The notes under the pieces: generated by a model
The model's database searches: none
What the model saw: only the letters and a program-made list of their open reading frames with translations
Told to the model about the DNA's origin: nothing
Source: a virus
Taxonomy: Duplodnaviria; Caudoviricetes
IMG/VR virus record: IMGVR_UViG_3300029818_000064
Span: 1-38,582 of that record
DNA: 38,582 nt
Reading direction: 5' to 3' (one strand)
In this document: piece after piece, positions 1 to 9,814 of the stretch
Layout of the letters: every line of letters begins with the position of its first letter
Numbering within the stretch: the first letter of the stretch is position 1
Translations under genes and position numbers: made by a program

Positions 1-1311
1 ATGAAAAGACTCACAGACAAGGAAGTGAAGGCGCTCAAGACCCAGGCAGCTGAAGCTGTGGGTGGGCGCGGTGACGGGGCGCTGGTGTTCAAGCGCAGAG
101 ACTCGCAGACCATCGAAGCATACTACCAGTATTTTTTTGACGGCAAGCGACAGATGCTGAAGCTGGGAAGGTATGGGCAGATCAGCCTGGCCGAGTGTCG
201 AGCAAAGGCCACGGATCTGGCAGCGCAACGCGGGGAGCATCCAGACCTGAAGGGCTGGCTGGCTGAATCAGAGGAGGCAGAACAGGAGGAAAGCCGCAAA
301 GCAGCCCAGGCTGCAGCGGCTGAAGCACAGCGGGGATCATTGCAGGATCTGCTGCAGGACTACGCCAGCAACCTGTTGGCCACCGGCACCACCTCAGCAA
401 AAGAGATTGCGCGGATCATCCGCGTGGACTTCATCGACAAGCACCCAGACATAGTAGCCATGAAGGCCCGGGACATTGAGCCTGAACAAGCCCTGCAGCT
501 GCTGGCCCCAGTATGGGAACGCGGTGCCAAGACGCAGTACAACCGCGCCCGCACCTACCTGCACGCCGCCTTTCAGTACGGACTGCAGGCCGAGTATGAT
601 ATCGGCCGCAAAAGTAGAAAGGTGTTTGGCCTGGTGCACAACCCGGTGGCCGCCATACGCAAGCAGCCCGAGGGCGAGACAGCGCATGAACGCGCTCTGA
701 CAGACGCCGAGCTGCACCACTTCTGGCACAACTGCATCAAAGCCAAGAAGGTAGGCGAGCTGACCACCCTGCTGCTGCAGTTTGTTATAGCCACAGGTGG
801 CCAGCGCCCGTACCGGCTGATCGTTGCGCCTTGGCCAGACTATGATCTGCAAGCCAGAACCGTTCGCACGGCCAGCCTCAAGGGCCGAGGCAAGGCCCGC
901 GTGCACCTGATCCCCCTCACTGATCGCGCCATAGAGATAATGCTGCGCGTCAAAGAGATCACCGGGCACCACCCGTGGCCGTGGAGCTTTACCAGCCAGG
1001 CACCCATCAACATCAGCACCCCACGCAATGCCGTGATCCGGTTCTGTGATGACAAAGACGCCAGCATCAACAAGGAAACCGGCGAACGCGTACAACCCTT
1101 CACACCCCGCGACCTGCGCCGCACTGCCAAACAAATCATGCAGCGCGCCGGCATTGAGCCTTACCTGCGTGACCTGCTGCAGGATCACAACCAAGGCGGC
1201 ATAGCCAACAAGCACTACGCCAACAACCCGGACGCAGCCATGCCAGACAAGTGGCGGGCGATCAATGCGTATGACCAAGCTCTGAACGATATCATCAGCA
1301 TTGATCACTGA
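1..1311 (+). CDS. int: Tyrosine recombinase / phage integrase with N-terminal arm-binding domain
   Basis: Motifs ERALTDAEL, ATGGQR (catalytic R), FTPRDLRRT, LQDH and KHY. The N-terminal KRQMLKLGRYGQISLAECR segment is typical of P4-like integrases. Confidence 0.93.
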   Translation: MKRLTDKEVKALKTQAAEAVGGRGDGALVFKRRDSQTIEAYYQYFFDGKRQMLKLGRYGQISLAECRAKATDLAAQRGEHPDLKGWLAESEEAEQEESRKAAQAAAAEAQRGSLQDLLQDYASNLLATGTTSAKEIARIIRVDFIDKHPDIVAMKARDIEPEQALQLLAPVWERGAKTQYNRARTYLHAAFQYGLQAEYDIGRKSRKVFGLVHNPVAAIRKQPEGETAHERALTDAELHHFWHNCIKAKKVGELTTLLLQFVIATGGQRPYRLIVAPWPDYDLQARTVRTASLKGRGKARVHLIPLTDRAIEIMLRVKEITGHHPWPWSFTSQAPINISTPRNAVIRFCDDKDASINKETGERVQPFTPRDLRRTAKQIMQRAGIEPYLRDLLQDHNQGGIANKHYANNPDAAMPDKWRAINAYDQALNDIISIDH

Positions 1312-1568
1312 GGGGCAAGGGACTGCCTCTCAACACACCCCAACACCTGCACCGCACACGACTCAAGCGCACCCTCCACATCATCCAGCGCCTGCCGCCA
1401 ATCGTCAGTCACCACCAGCGGCGAGCGGCCCGGTAGTTGGCACGGCACCAGGTTGCACGTCACCGGCGGCGCGGTAGGCGGCGGGATCGGTTGTGTTGGG
1501 GCGGGCGTAGAGCAGGCCGAGATCAGTAGGCACAGCAGTGCGCAGGTAATCGCTGATAGTTTCGTCAT
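1305..1568 (-). CDS. o-spanin (Rz1/LysC-like lipoprotein)
   Basis: Signal peptide with lipobox LISAC, Pro-rich, overlapping the 3' end of the i-spanin in another frame. Confidence 0.8.
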   Translation of the reverse strand: MTKLSAITCALLCLLISACSTPAPTQPIPPPTAPPVTCNLVPCQLPGRSPLVVTDDWRQALDDVEGALESCAVQVLGCVERQSLAPQ

Positions 1569-1872
1569 TGCGTTTTAGCTCCTCGAGCGCGCGGCCATGC
1601 TGCCGGGCATTAGTAGCGATGGTTTGACCCATTTGCCGGATCTGGCGGTCTAGCTCTGCCAGGCGTTCCTGTTGCCTGTGATGCCCTTCCAGCACTTGCG
1701 CTTGCAACTCGATCTGCAATTGCGCTTGGGCCAGCTGCTGCTCTGCTGTATCAGCACGCTGCACATGCAACTCAATGCGCGGGCTGACAATCCACCACGC
1801 ACAGGCCGCGACCACAAGCAGCACAGCCAGCCAGGGCAGAACCTTTTTCATCACACTCATTGCGCTAAGCAT
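1405..1872 (-). CDS. i-spanin (Rz/LysB-like); start may be 1851
   Basis: N-terminal transmembrane helix followed by a long coiled coil, directly after the endolysin. Confidence 0.8.
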   Translation of the reverse strand: MLSAMSVMKKVLPWLAVLLVVAACAWWIVSPRIELHVQRADTAEQQLAQAQLQIELQAQVLEGHHRQQERLAELDRQIRQMGQTIATNARQHGRALEELKRNDETISDYLRTAVPTDLGLLYARPNTTDPAAYRAAGDVQPGAVPTTGPLAAGGD

Positions 1873-2377
1873 TGATCACATCCTGCGGGCTGAATGCCCC
1901 GCTCCAGGTACCGTACAAGAACACCGCGCGCGGCAGGTTCGGCAGGCCGAGATCCCCGCGCCGGTCAACGTGGCAAAAGCCGTCATGCAAACCGACCGCC
2001 CAACCGAGCCGCCAGGCCAGCCGAGCAAAGGCCAGCTTTGTGCGCGTTGACCAACTGCGCCACTGAATGTCTGCACCCATGGTGCCCAGCGTCGGCCACT
2101 TGGGGTTCTCAGTCAGATGCAAGCTGTTCGGGTGGCCACCGGCCCCGCCCTGCTTGACCGGCAGATTGTTATGGCCGGGCGTTCGGCACACGCTGTTCGG
2201 ACTCAGCGGCCGGCCCCACTCACCTCGCAGCACAGGCAGGGCCTGAGCAAAGCGTGGGTCCATCTTGATCACACCCGTACCAGCTATGCCTCTGCCACTT
2301 GCATCCCGCTTGCGACTACCTTTGCACTCAAGCTCATGCGCAGGGAAAAACTGAATGGCCGTAGTGACCGGCTGCAT
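1865..2377 (-). CDS. Endolysin, peptidase M15 family (Zn peptidase)
   Basis: F..HELECKG, SVCRTPGHN, SLH...GADI and FCHVD motifs. GGAGG lies upstream of the ATG at 2377. Confidence 0.82.
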   Translation of the reverse strand: MQPVTTAIQFFPAHELECKGSRKRDASGRGIAGTGVIKMDPRFAQALPVLRGEWGRPLSPNSVCRTPGHNNLPVKQGGAGGHPNSLHLTENPKWPTLGTMGADIQWRSWSTRTKLAFARLAWRLGWAVGLHDGFCHVDRRGDLGLPNLPRAVFLYGTWSGAFSPQDVINA

Positions 2378-2392
2378 AAAACCTCCAGGCAT

Positions 2393-2413
2393 AAAAAAAC
2401 CGCTTTCGCGGTT
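2393..2413 (-). terminator. Intrinsic terminator upstream of the endolysin
   Basis: Minus strand AACCGC-GAAA-GCGGTT followed by a T run. Confidence 0.7.
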
Positions 2414-2526
2414 ATGTTTTGTGACTCAGTTCAAAGCACTACCCTGCCAGGCTGCTATTATTGCCCCGCATCCACACGGAAGTGGGGCAAGTTTGTGCCG
2501 CGCCGGGTTTAGCAGTCCCGGCCTTA

Positions 2527-3462
2527 TCATGCACATTCGACCATATCGACCTGCGCTGTCCATCGAATAGACTGGCCAGAAATGCCGGTCGCATTAACAG
2601 AAAAAGATCCAAGAGTCGTATTAACACCGAACGCCACGACGCAGGCAGATAGCCCGGACTCTCCGTAGTCCCCGGTGATCGTACTTCCGATTATGGTAAC
2701 GGATGAGGCAGCCGTAAGGCGCTTCACGAGCGCCTTCCCTTCCCAGCTCTTACACGTATTGGTGACTGTGTTACGCGCTACCACTCGTACCCGGCAATGG
2801 AACGCAGAGTTGACGGGCAGTATTATGGTATTGCTACCTGACTCTGACCCACCGTTCGCTGTCAGCGCAGTAGCCGTAGCGTCCGCCGCGATGCGCCGTA
2901 ACGTAACCCGGCGTACTTGGTTCGCTCCGCGCGCGGAGTCCGAGTTCCCCTCCGCCACAGCGCTATTTAACCCGCGCGTCGTCAAGTACTGCCCACCAAC
3001 ACACGTCGCGTTCGAAGCGTCTGCGAGGTTGTCGAACCCCCACGACATCGAGTTGACCCCCGACGAAGTGTTGCGCTCTCCCCCTACCACCGCGCTGTAC
3101 GACCCACCCGCAGTGTTGTACCTCCCTGCCCCGATGAAAGAGTGGCCGCCGCTCGCTACCTGCGTCGGGTTGAACCTTAGCATTTGCAGGTCTACCGCCC
3201 GCGATCCCCGCTTGTTACCCCCCGCGCTCGTGCCATCCGGTACGCTGAGAGTGAGCGCCCCGCTACCCTTGCTGACAATAGCAAAGTCGATGCTCGTCTC
3301 CGACCCTACCGGCGTTATCGAGTGCACGGGCGCAGCGTCATTAGGCGACTCGTCGTGGCGCTCTTCGGTGAACCGAACCATCCCAGCACCGGCGAGCGTA
3401 TCAGCCGCCGGCAGCTGCGTGACCCGCCCGTTAATCCTGACTAGCGCTCGCCGCGTAGCCAT
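2527..3462 (-). CDS. Putative tail fibre / receptor-binding protein
   Basis: Last gene of the tail module. Gly/Ser-rich repeats resembling YadA-head beta-rolls (ASGGHSFIGAG, AGGSYSAVVGG, SSGVNSMSWG). Confidence 0.6.
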   Translation of the reverse strand: MATRRALVRINGRVTQLPAADTLAGAGMVRFTEERHDESPNDAAPVHSITPVGSETSIDFAIVSKGSGALTLSVPDGTSAGGNKRGSRAVDLQMLRFNPTQVASGGHSFIGAGRYNTAGGSYSAVVGGERNTSSGVNSMSWGFDNLADASNATCVGGQYLTTRGLNSAVAEGNSDSARGANQVRRVTLRRIAADATATALTANGGSESGSNTIILPVNSAFHCRVRVVARNTVTNTCKSWEGKALVKRLTAASSVTIIGSTITGDYGESGLSACVVAFGVNTTLGSFSVNATGISGQSIRWTAQVDMVECA

Positions 3463-3980
3463 CAGAGCACCACAAAGCTGTCATCATCAGTCACAAGCTC
3501 GGTTGTGCTTTTCGCTACGCCGAGGTACTGACTGACCTTGTTGACGTTCGCCACGTCCGTTTCATCAAGCGGGGTGGCTGTTACAGCGCCTGCGGTCCCA
3601 AGCCAGTAGCGCACCCCGGGCGTGAGTCCTGTAAGGGAGGCATTTGTGCCGTCAAGGGTATACACCTCTGCGATTGCCGCCTCTGCGACCTCAGCCGCCA
3701 CGAACCCGTCAGCAAAGCGCCCGTTGCTGTTATCCGCCAGCCGCACCGAGAACGTGCCATCATCATCAAAGAACTGCACAAACTTGCCCGCCGTAAGCAG
3801 CTCGCTGGCCACCGCCGGGGTTGTTTGCGCGCCAATACCCAGCGGCATCACCGACATATTGAAGCGCCCATCCGTGTCAAGCGCAGCGATTTTCCCCGCG
3901 TCCGCCGCGCCCAGTGAACTGACCACCGCGAACAGTTGTTTAGTTTTACCCGCAACGCGGGCCAGAAAGCCTTGAGCCAT
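3462..3980 (-). CDS. Virion structural / fibre-associated protein
   Basis: Coupled to neighbouring genes. GLTPGVRYWLGTAGAVTATP resembles WTPGPVWLGANGALTQTP in the adjacent gene. Confidence 0.55.
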   Translation of the reverse strand: MAQGFLARVAGKTKQLFAVVSSLGAADAGKIAALDTDGRFNMSVMPLGIGAQTTPAVASELLTAGKFVQFFDDDGTFSVRLADNSNGRFADGFVAAEVAEAAIAEVYTLDGTNASLTGLTPGVRYWLGTAGAVTATPLDETDVANVNKVSQYLGVAKSTTELVTDDDSFVVL

Positions 3981-3985
3981 GGTAT

Positions 3986-4468
3986 TTACTCCAGTTCTAT
4001 GGGGAATTGCAGGTTTAAGTTCAGTCGCGTTGCTGATACAGCCACGCCTATCGCCACATCAAAGCCGTCACTGGGCGGGGTTTGTGTCAGCGCCCCGTTT
4101 GCGCCAAGCCAAACCGGCCCGGGCGTCCAACTCCAAGCGCTATCATTTACAACCCCACTGCGCTGGATGTTGAGCGGGTTTCCCTGGTCAGCAGCTGTAA
4201 GTGCTATACCAAGCAGAAACTCGATGTTTTCATCGTCCAAGTAGCTGAGGGGGTATACGGCCCCGCTTGCTTCGTACACCACTTGCAAGGCGCTGATAGC
4301 GACACCTGCAACACGTTGGATTGCAGACCCACCCGCAGGGCCTGGTTCACCGGTTACACCTGGCGGCCCCTGCTCCCCATCCGTGATCACAATCACATCC
4401 GGCTCAGCATCCACCGTCACCGCATAGTCGCGCTCTACCTCCAGGGCATAGCAATCGCAGCAATCCAT
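3986..4468 (-). CDS. Virion structural protein with short collagen-like stretch
   Basis: GEQGPPGVTGEPGPAG G-X-Y triplets; located in the tail module. Confidence 0.55.
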   Translation of the reverse strand: MDCCDCYALEVERDYAVTVDAEPDVIVITDGEQGPPGVTGEPGPAGGSAIQRVAGVAISALQVVYEASGAVYPLSYLDDENIEFLLGIALTAADQGNPLNIQRSGVVNDSAWSWTPGPVWLGANGALTQTPPSDGFDVAIGVAVSATRLNLNLQFPIELE

Positions 4469-5040
4469 CAGCCTGCCTCCACTGTCAGAGGCCCCCGCCA
4501 GTAGCGGTGCCGGGTGCCGTCGCTGTATGTCACGTCCAGGCGGTAGCGGTACCGGCCGGGCGCGGGCATTTGCCCGGGGGTTATCAGCCGCTCGATGGTG
4601 CCCGGGCCGGTCACTGTCAGGCCCTCACCCAATGTGAGTTCCAGCACAACCTGATCACCCTGCTCTGGCAGGATCTGCATCACCACATCAGCCCCTGTCA
4701 GATCAACCGGCGGGCGGTACCGCAGCTCACCACCTGCAGGCTGCTGGCCCGTGGCGCTGATGCGGTCAATGATCAGGGTGTCTTCATCCACCACGCTGAC
4801 CCGATGCGGGCGCTGCTGTGGCGGTTCGCGGTTCAGCGCAGTCATGCGCTGCACGTCTGTCAGCCAGCAATGCCAGCTGTCTGACTCAATGCCATGGCCT
4901 GGCACTGTCAGGCGTACCGGGGCGCCTGCGGCAATAGCCGTGACGGCGCGGTAGACCCAAGGGCCGGGCTGCATAATGCGTAACGTGCTGCGGTGCGTAG
5001 TGCCAGCGGTCAGGCACAGGGGTACGTTAGCCGGCTGCAT
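4468..5040 (-). CDS. Tail-associated hypothetical protein
   Basis: Translationally coupled ORF in the tail module, beta-rich sequence. Confidence 0.55.
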   Translation of the reverse strand: MQPANVPLCLTAGTTHRSTLRIMQPGPWVYRAVTAIAAGAPVRLTVPGHGIESDSWHCWLTDVQRMTALNREPPQQRPHRVSVVDEDTLIIDRISATGQQPAGGELRYRPPVDLTGADVVMQILPEQGDQVVLELTLGEGLTVTGPGTIERLITPGQMPAPGRYRYRLDVTYSDGTRHRYWRGPLTVEAG

Positions 5041-5072
5041 GGGCAGGGCTCCTAATCAAAAAGGTGGCAGAC

Positions 5073-5828
5073 TTAAAGAATGGGCGTGAGCGTTAAGGTT
5101 ATTTCATCATCGTCCGGCCAGCTGACCGCAGTTTCACCCAGGTCAATTTCCATGGCCCAGCCAGGCAACCCGCCGAACTCCTGATACAGCAACTCACCCT
5201 CCAGATCGGTGGGCAAGTCGGTACCCGTGACGGTATAGAAACCGGAGGTGATCGGCTCATCTGAATACCCCGACAGGCTGAGCGCATAGGTGGTAGGCGA
5301 GCCCGTTGCATCGGTGAACAGCAGCGCGCGATCGAGCAGCAAGCCAGGCGAACCCCCGATAGAATCTGATGCCGACACCAGCACACCAAAGGAGCCGTCA
5401 CGGTAGCCACTCTCGGTGAACCCAGAATCCGTGAAACTGCCGGCCTCAAAAACAAGCTCAACAGGATCAACTGCACCGCCGCCCTCAAGCGCATCCAGCC
5501 TTTCAAGAATGCCGGCGATTACTTCGGGCGCAATCTGCGCCTCCTCCAGATCTTGAATGCGCTGTATCAGCCCCGTCAGTACGCCGGCCGTCAGGTCGGC
5601 AAAGATCACACTGCCCGCCGGCCAGAGTTGCGCATCTGTGCCCTCCAGGCCGCGCTCAAGGCCCGCTGTGCCATCCACGACAACGGCCTCCAGAATCTCC
5701 CAGCGGGTGGGCTGGGTTTGGCTATCGGTCACGGTCAGGCGATAGGTGCCATCGGGCAAACTCAGCGCAGCCGAGGTTGCTCCGGCAGTCAGTGTGATTG
5801 GCTGCCGGTAGTTGTTGATAAAGTTCAT
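5073..5828 (-). CDS. Tail-associated protein (likely start MNFINNY at 5828)
   Basis: GAGGG lies upstream of the ATG at 5828; tail module position. Confidence 0.6.
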   Translation of the reverse strand: MNFINNYRQPITLTAGATSAALSLPDGTYRLTVTDSQTQPTRWEILEAVVVDGTAGLERGLEGTDAQLWPAGSVIFADLTAGVLTGLIQRIQDLEEAQIAPEVIAGILERLDALEGGGAVDPVELVFEAGSFTDSGFTESGYRDGSFGVLVSASDSIGGSPGLLLDRALLFTDATGSPTTYALSLSGYSDEPITSGFYTVTGTDLPTDLEGELLYQEFGGLPGWAMEIDLGETAVSWPDDDEITLTLTPIL

Positions 5829-5835
5829 AGAGCCC

Positions 5836-7638
5836 TCAGACGTATACGCAATTGGCGGGGGTATCCCGCACGTACTCACCGGTTACTGCGTTGTAGGCAC
5901 CAAACAGGCCAAAGCCCGGGCTGGCAAACAGCGTCTGCTCACCCTGGTAGCTGAAGCTGCCCGGTATAGTGATATCCCTGCAAGCAATGGCCTTGACCCG
6001 GTAGTGGCTGTCCGCTGCCACATTGGTGTGGCTCTCGCACATCAGGGCCAGCATGTGCGTGTTGTAGCGGCAGGGCTGCACACGGGTGCCGGCGTTAAGC
6101 ACACCCAAAAACCCGATGCTTTGCACAAAACTGTTAACCGCATCGCCTGCGTTGTTAATCGCGCTGACCATTGATGCCAGCCCAATAGTGCTAAAACCAT
6201 CATTGTCGCCAGTGCTACTCACGGTTTTGCTGTCAAGCTCTGCACCATCAAAGCTATGCGTGGTCGTCCTTGTTACAGATGCTGTAATGCTGCTGTCATT
6301 TGGCGGCAGCAGGGTGAAGCCAGGCGGGTTCACAATGTCAAAGTTACGAAAGTCGTTTATCGGCCCGGCCTGCGTCCATGTCCTGTCTGTTGTACTGCTG
6401 CGCGAGCCTGATGCAGTGGCCGTAAACTCGCTGACGGTAACCCCGTCATTGCGCAACCGAATGCTGAGCGTGCTGCTCATGGTCAAACCAACTGTGCTGG
6501 TGACCGTGTAGCTAGGCATAACCAGCCCATCCTCAATCCGAGGCGGCCAGTTATAAGCTGGCGACGACCCAGAAGCCCTCTCCTCTACAAAACCTTCGCC
6601 GGGAGTCGATGAGGTCACAGAGTGGTTAGCCGTGGCCACAGCCGTACTGTGCGCCTCAACATCCAGCGTGATGTACTTGATAGCGCCTTCAAGGTAATAC
6701 GCACCAACAACCCTGCCCGGAATCTTGCGGGTAACTGTCCGGGCAAAGGGCGCATAAAAGTTCGGACTACCACTGGCAAAACTGATCGGCTGCACCTCAA
6801 ACTCAAAATCGGTGACGATGTTAACCCCGCTGGGCGTAGTGCTATCCACCTTCCAATACGGCGCGCCACGCGGTCCTTCATACGGCGGGCCATCAGGTAG
6901 ATCGTCTGTAAACTCATAATCATCAATCAGATCATCATGACTCCACAGCAGCTCCCGTTCTGCCGTTATCTCTTCACCTGCTCCGCTGAGACGGTATTCC
7001 CACACCTCATAAAGCCGGCCCCTGTAGCCGTAATACTCAGGGAAGCCAGCAATGCCAATCAGAATGCGATCGCCCTGCTCGGTGGCATCCAGCACAGTCC
7101 AGCCAAGCGCCACACCTGCCAAGGCAGATCGATACGCGGGCAGCGCATTCAGCGAGTTCACCGCGCTGGTATACAGCGGCGGGTCTGCGGGAAAGGTCTG
7201 CGGCAATCCGAGCGTCAAGGTACCGCGCACCTGCAGCGTGGGTTCAGCTAACAGCTGGTTGGTAAAGTTGATACGCCAGCCCTGTGTGCCGTCAAAATAC
7301 ATCAGCACAATGCTGTTGGTACCCGTAGTCCCGTAGCGGTATGGCATGAGCATGTCTGCACGCCAGACCGCCCCTGCCTCATCAGCCTGCGCCTGCTCAA
7401 CAGGGTCCAGCTCTGGCACGTAAGCGCGCGGGTCCTTGTAGCGGTAACTGGCCCCGCTAATACCGCCATGCCCTGCCACCGGCGCAAAGCCCACTGGCAA
7501 CTGCCGAGCATTAGGCAACGTCAGAATGTACTGCTGGCTGGGCACCTGCGGTGCCGACTGCAAAGCCAGTCCATGCCACGGCAAACCAAAGTGGCTGATC
7601 TGCCCAGGCATGTGCCAGGTAAAGCGATCATCAAACAT
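5836..7638 (-). CDS. Tail tip / host-interaction protein (600 aa)
   Basis: Long Ser/Thr-rich ORF in the tail-tip module. Confidence 0.6.
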   Translation of the reverse strand: MFDDRFTWHMPGQISHFGLPWHGLALQSAPQVPSQQYILTLPNARQLPVGFAPVAGHGGISGASYRYKDPRAYVPELDPVEQAQADEAGAVWRADMLMPYRYGTTGTNSIVLMYFDGTQGWRINFTNQLLAEPTLQVRGTLTLGLPQTFPADPPLYTSAVNSLNALPAYRSALAGVALGWTVLDATEQGDRILIGIAGFPEYYGYRGRLYEVWEYRLSGAGEEITAERELLWSHDDLIDDYEFTDDLPDGPPYEGPRGAPYWKVDSTTPSGVNIVTDFEFEVQPISFASGSPNFYAPFARTVTRKIPGRVVGAYYLEGAIKYITLDVEAHSTAVATANHSVTSSTPGEGFVEERASGSSPAYNWPPRIEDGLVMPSYTVTSTVGLTMSSTLSIRLRNDGVTVSEFTATASGSRSSTTDRTWTQAGPINDFRNFDIVNPPGFTLLPPNDSSITASVTRTTTHSFDGAELDSKTVSSTGDNDGFSTIGLASMVSAINNAGDAVNSFVQSIGFLGVLNAGTRVQPCRYNTHMLALMCESHTNVAADSHYRVKAIACRDITIPGSFSYQGEQTLFASPGFGLFGAYNAVTGEYVRDTPANCVYV

Positions 7639-7640
7639 GG

Positions 7641-8123
7641 CTACACCTGTGGGTCAGCAAAGTTAAGCACCACCAAATCACCGTTGGCGTCATACATCTT
7701 TAGCGACTCCAGCGGGCGAATGGCCACGGCAATAGCAAAGTCATTGGCGTAAACAAAGCTGCTGAAAGGGTGGTACGTGCGCTCAAGCTGCGGCACACCA
7801 GCCAGCCCCTCGGTCAGAGGACTGGCAATACCGCCGCCCGTACCACCCTGCCCCGGCTGCAGGTTCACCTCGTTATACCCCCGGCGTGCAGGTATACCCC
7901 CGCGTGGTTCCTCACGCGGTAGGCGTGGGGGTTGGCGTGGGGGTGGCATGATATCCACCAGGTCATCAAACAACCCGCCGCGCAACCGCACATGCCGGGA
8001 GTTCAGCTCTGATTGAATGTTGTCTGAGCGCTCTTGCAGGTTGCTTCTGATGCCACTACTGCGATCATTTAACCGATCACGAATGCCGGCTTTACGCTCG
8101 TCTGATCCTGTCGTCATGCTCAA
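7641..8123 (-). CDS. Minor tail / hypothetical protein
   Basis: Coupled ORF between tail genes. Confidence 0.55.
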   Translation of the reverse strand: MSMTTGSDERKAGIRDRLNDRSSGIRSNLQERSDNIQSELNSRHVRLRGGLFDDLVDIMPPPRQPPRLPREEPRGGIPARRGYNEVNLQPGQGGTGGGIASPLTEGLAGVPQLERTYHPFSSFVYANDFAIAVAIRPLESLKMYDANGDLVVLNFADPQV

Positions 8124-9811
8124 ATCTCCAGCTCATCAACCGGCGGCGCCACGCGGTACACCACCAGCTGCTCTGCGGTGTTTTCATCGCGCCACTGTGC
8201 CGGTATTTCAGGGGTGTCCAGGGCAAAGCGCCGTGGGTAACGCAGCGCGGGGTCACCATTGCCAATAGAGTAAGGCCCAGCAAAGCCGGGCAACTCAGGG
8301 TCATACAGCGGGCTATCTGCGCGTAGACCCAACTGCGTGGGCTGGGCGACTGTCACACCAGGCGAAAAGTCATCAACAAACTCAGGCGCCGCCGGCACAA
8401 CCAACGGATCGGCCACTGCCGCACTGGCACCGCGGCTAACGGCCAAGGTTATGGTCAGCAGAGCGGCGCCGGTTTCAATGTCCAGATCATCGTTCAGCTC
8501 TACCACCGTGCCGGTAATGCTGGCCTCATCACTCAGGCTCAGGCGCTGGCCAAGGTCAACGCCCAGGGCGTGAGCCAATGGCACCTGCCACGTCACGCGG
8601 TTGCCACGCTGCGCTGACAGCAGCTCAACAGAGGCCCGGCGCAGTGCCGTGGACACGGCAGCATCAAGCCGGACCTGGTCGCGCCGGGGTAGTGCATCTA
8701 CCGGATCATCACCCGCCTCAGTTGCCACACCAAAGCGCGTAGATTCCCAAATGCGATCCGTGTCTGTGTCGGTATCCAGCACCACCCTGTTGCGCTTTAT
8801 CACCTCGCCTACCGCATCCACGGCGGCGGTAACCTCCACCCTCAGGCGGTAGGCCTCTATCACGCGCTGGCTCCAGCGCAAACTGGCGCCCACGTCACAA
8901 CCCAGCAGCAAATCAGTGTTTTTGTTGTACCAAGGGCTAGGCAGGTCTGGCAGATCGCCGGGCAGGCGATACCAAGCTGCCGAGGTTACAAACCAGCCAG
9001 CCGACTCCACAGCCTCTATAACCATGGGTATGTCGGGTAGCTCGGTGGAGTCCATGCGCCAAAACTCAAAGGTATTGGCCGGGTGGCGCCACGTGTAGTT
9101 TTGTGACCGCTGGCGGTACCGCGAATAGCGATAGTCCAGCTCAAGCTCAACCACGTTCACGGTATCCACCAGCGAGGCCAGCGCCACGTCCAGGCTCTGG
9201 TACACAGTAGTGCCAGGGCCAAAGCTGTAGCTGATGCCCGCCGGGTGCCACGGCGTAATGCGCGGTGCGCCCTGCATGGTTACGTTCAAACTGGCAGCGC
9301 GGGTGCTCAGGCGCTCTTGTGCGTAGTCCCAACGGCTGCGACCCTCACGGGCCTCAAACACATCAGCAGACCACCAGCCACCTACCAGCAGGTCAATGGC
9401 GTCAAACTCCATGGCCTCTACGCTGGCGGCCAAACGCGTGGTCGCCTCGCATACCAGCACACGGCTGAGCACATCAAACTCAGGCTGCACCAGGTAGCCG
9501 GTAAACCGCCGCACGCTTACCTGCGGATCACCCTGCACCACAAAATCCATATACACCGGCGCACCGGTAAAGGCCGCCACGTCTACAGGGTCTGGCCCCA
9601 GCCACAACGCAAAGCTGAATACGCTGTCACCATCCTCTGCGCGCATCACCCGCAGCGCACCCGTCAGGCGGTCGGTGTAATCCTCACCGCCCAGGTACAA
9701 AACCAGGCTCCAGGCAAAAGAGCCGCCCTGCACCACAGGCACCGGCTCAGCGGCATCAGTCACCGCCAACCCGTTCAGCGGTACCGTGTTTAACGGGTAG
9801 GCATTAAACAT
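8120..9811 (-). CDS. Tail tip hub-like protein (563 aa)
   Basis: Second gene after the tape measure; size and position are typical. Confidence 0.6.
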   Translation of the reverse strand: MFNAYPLNTVPLNGLAVTDAAEPVPVVQGGSFAWSLVLYLGGEDYTDRLTGALRVMRAEDGDSVFSFALWLGPDPVDVAAFTGAPVYMDFVVQGDPQVSVRRFTGYLVQPEFDVLSRVLVCEATTRLAASVEAMEFDAIDLLVGGWWSADVFEAREGRSRWDYAQERLSTRAASLNVTMQGAPRITPWHPAGISYSFGPGTTVYQSLDVALASLVDTVNVVELELDYRYSRYRQRSQNYTWRHPANTFEFWRMDSTELPDIPMVIEAVESAGWFVTSAAWYRLPGDLPDLPSPWYNKNTDLLLGCDVGASLRWSQRVIEAYRLRVEVTAAVDAVGEVIKRNRVVLDTDTDTDRIWESTRFGVATEAGDDPVDALPRRDQVRLDAAVSTALRRASVELLSAQRGNRVTWQVPLAHALGVDLGQRLSLSDEASITGTVVELNDDLDIETGAALLTITLAVSRGASAAVADPLVVPAAPEFVDDFSPGVTVAQPTQLGLRADSPLYDPELPGFAGPYSIGNGDPALRYPRRFALDTPEIPAQWRDENTAEQLVVYRVAPPVDELEI

Positions 9812-9814
9812 CCG

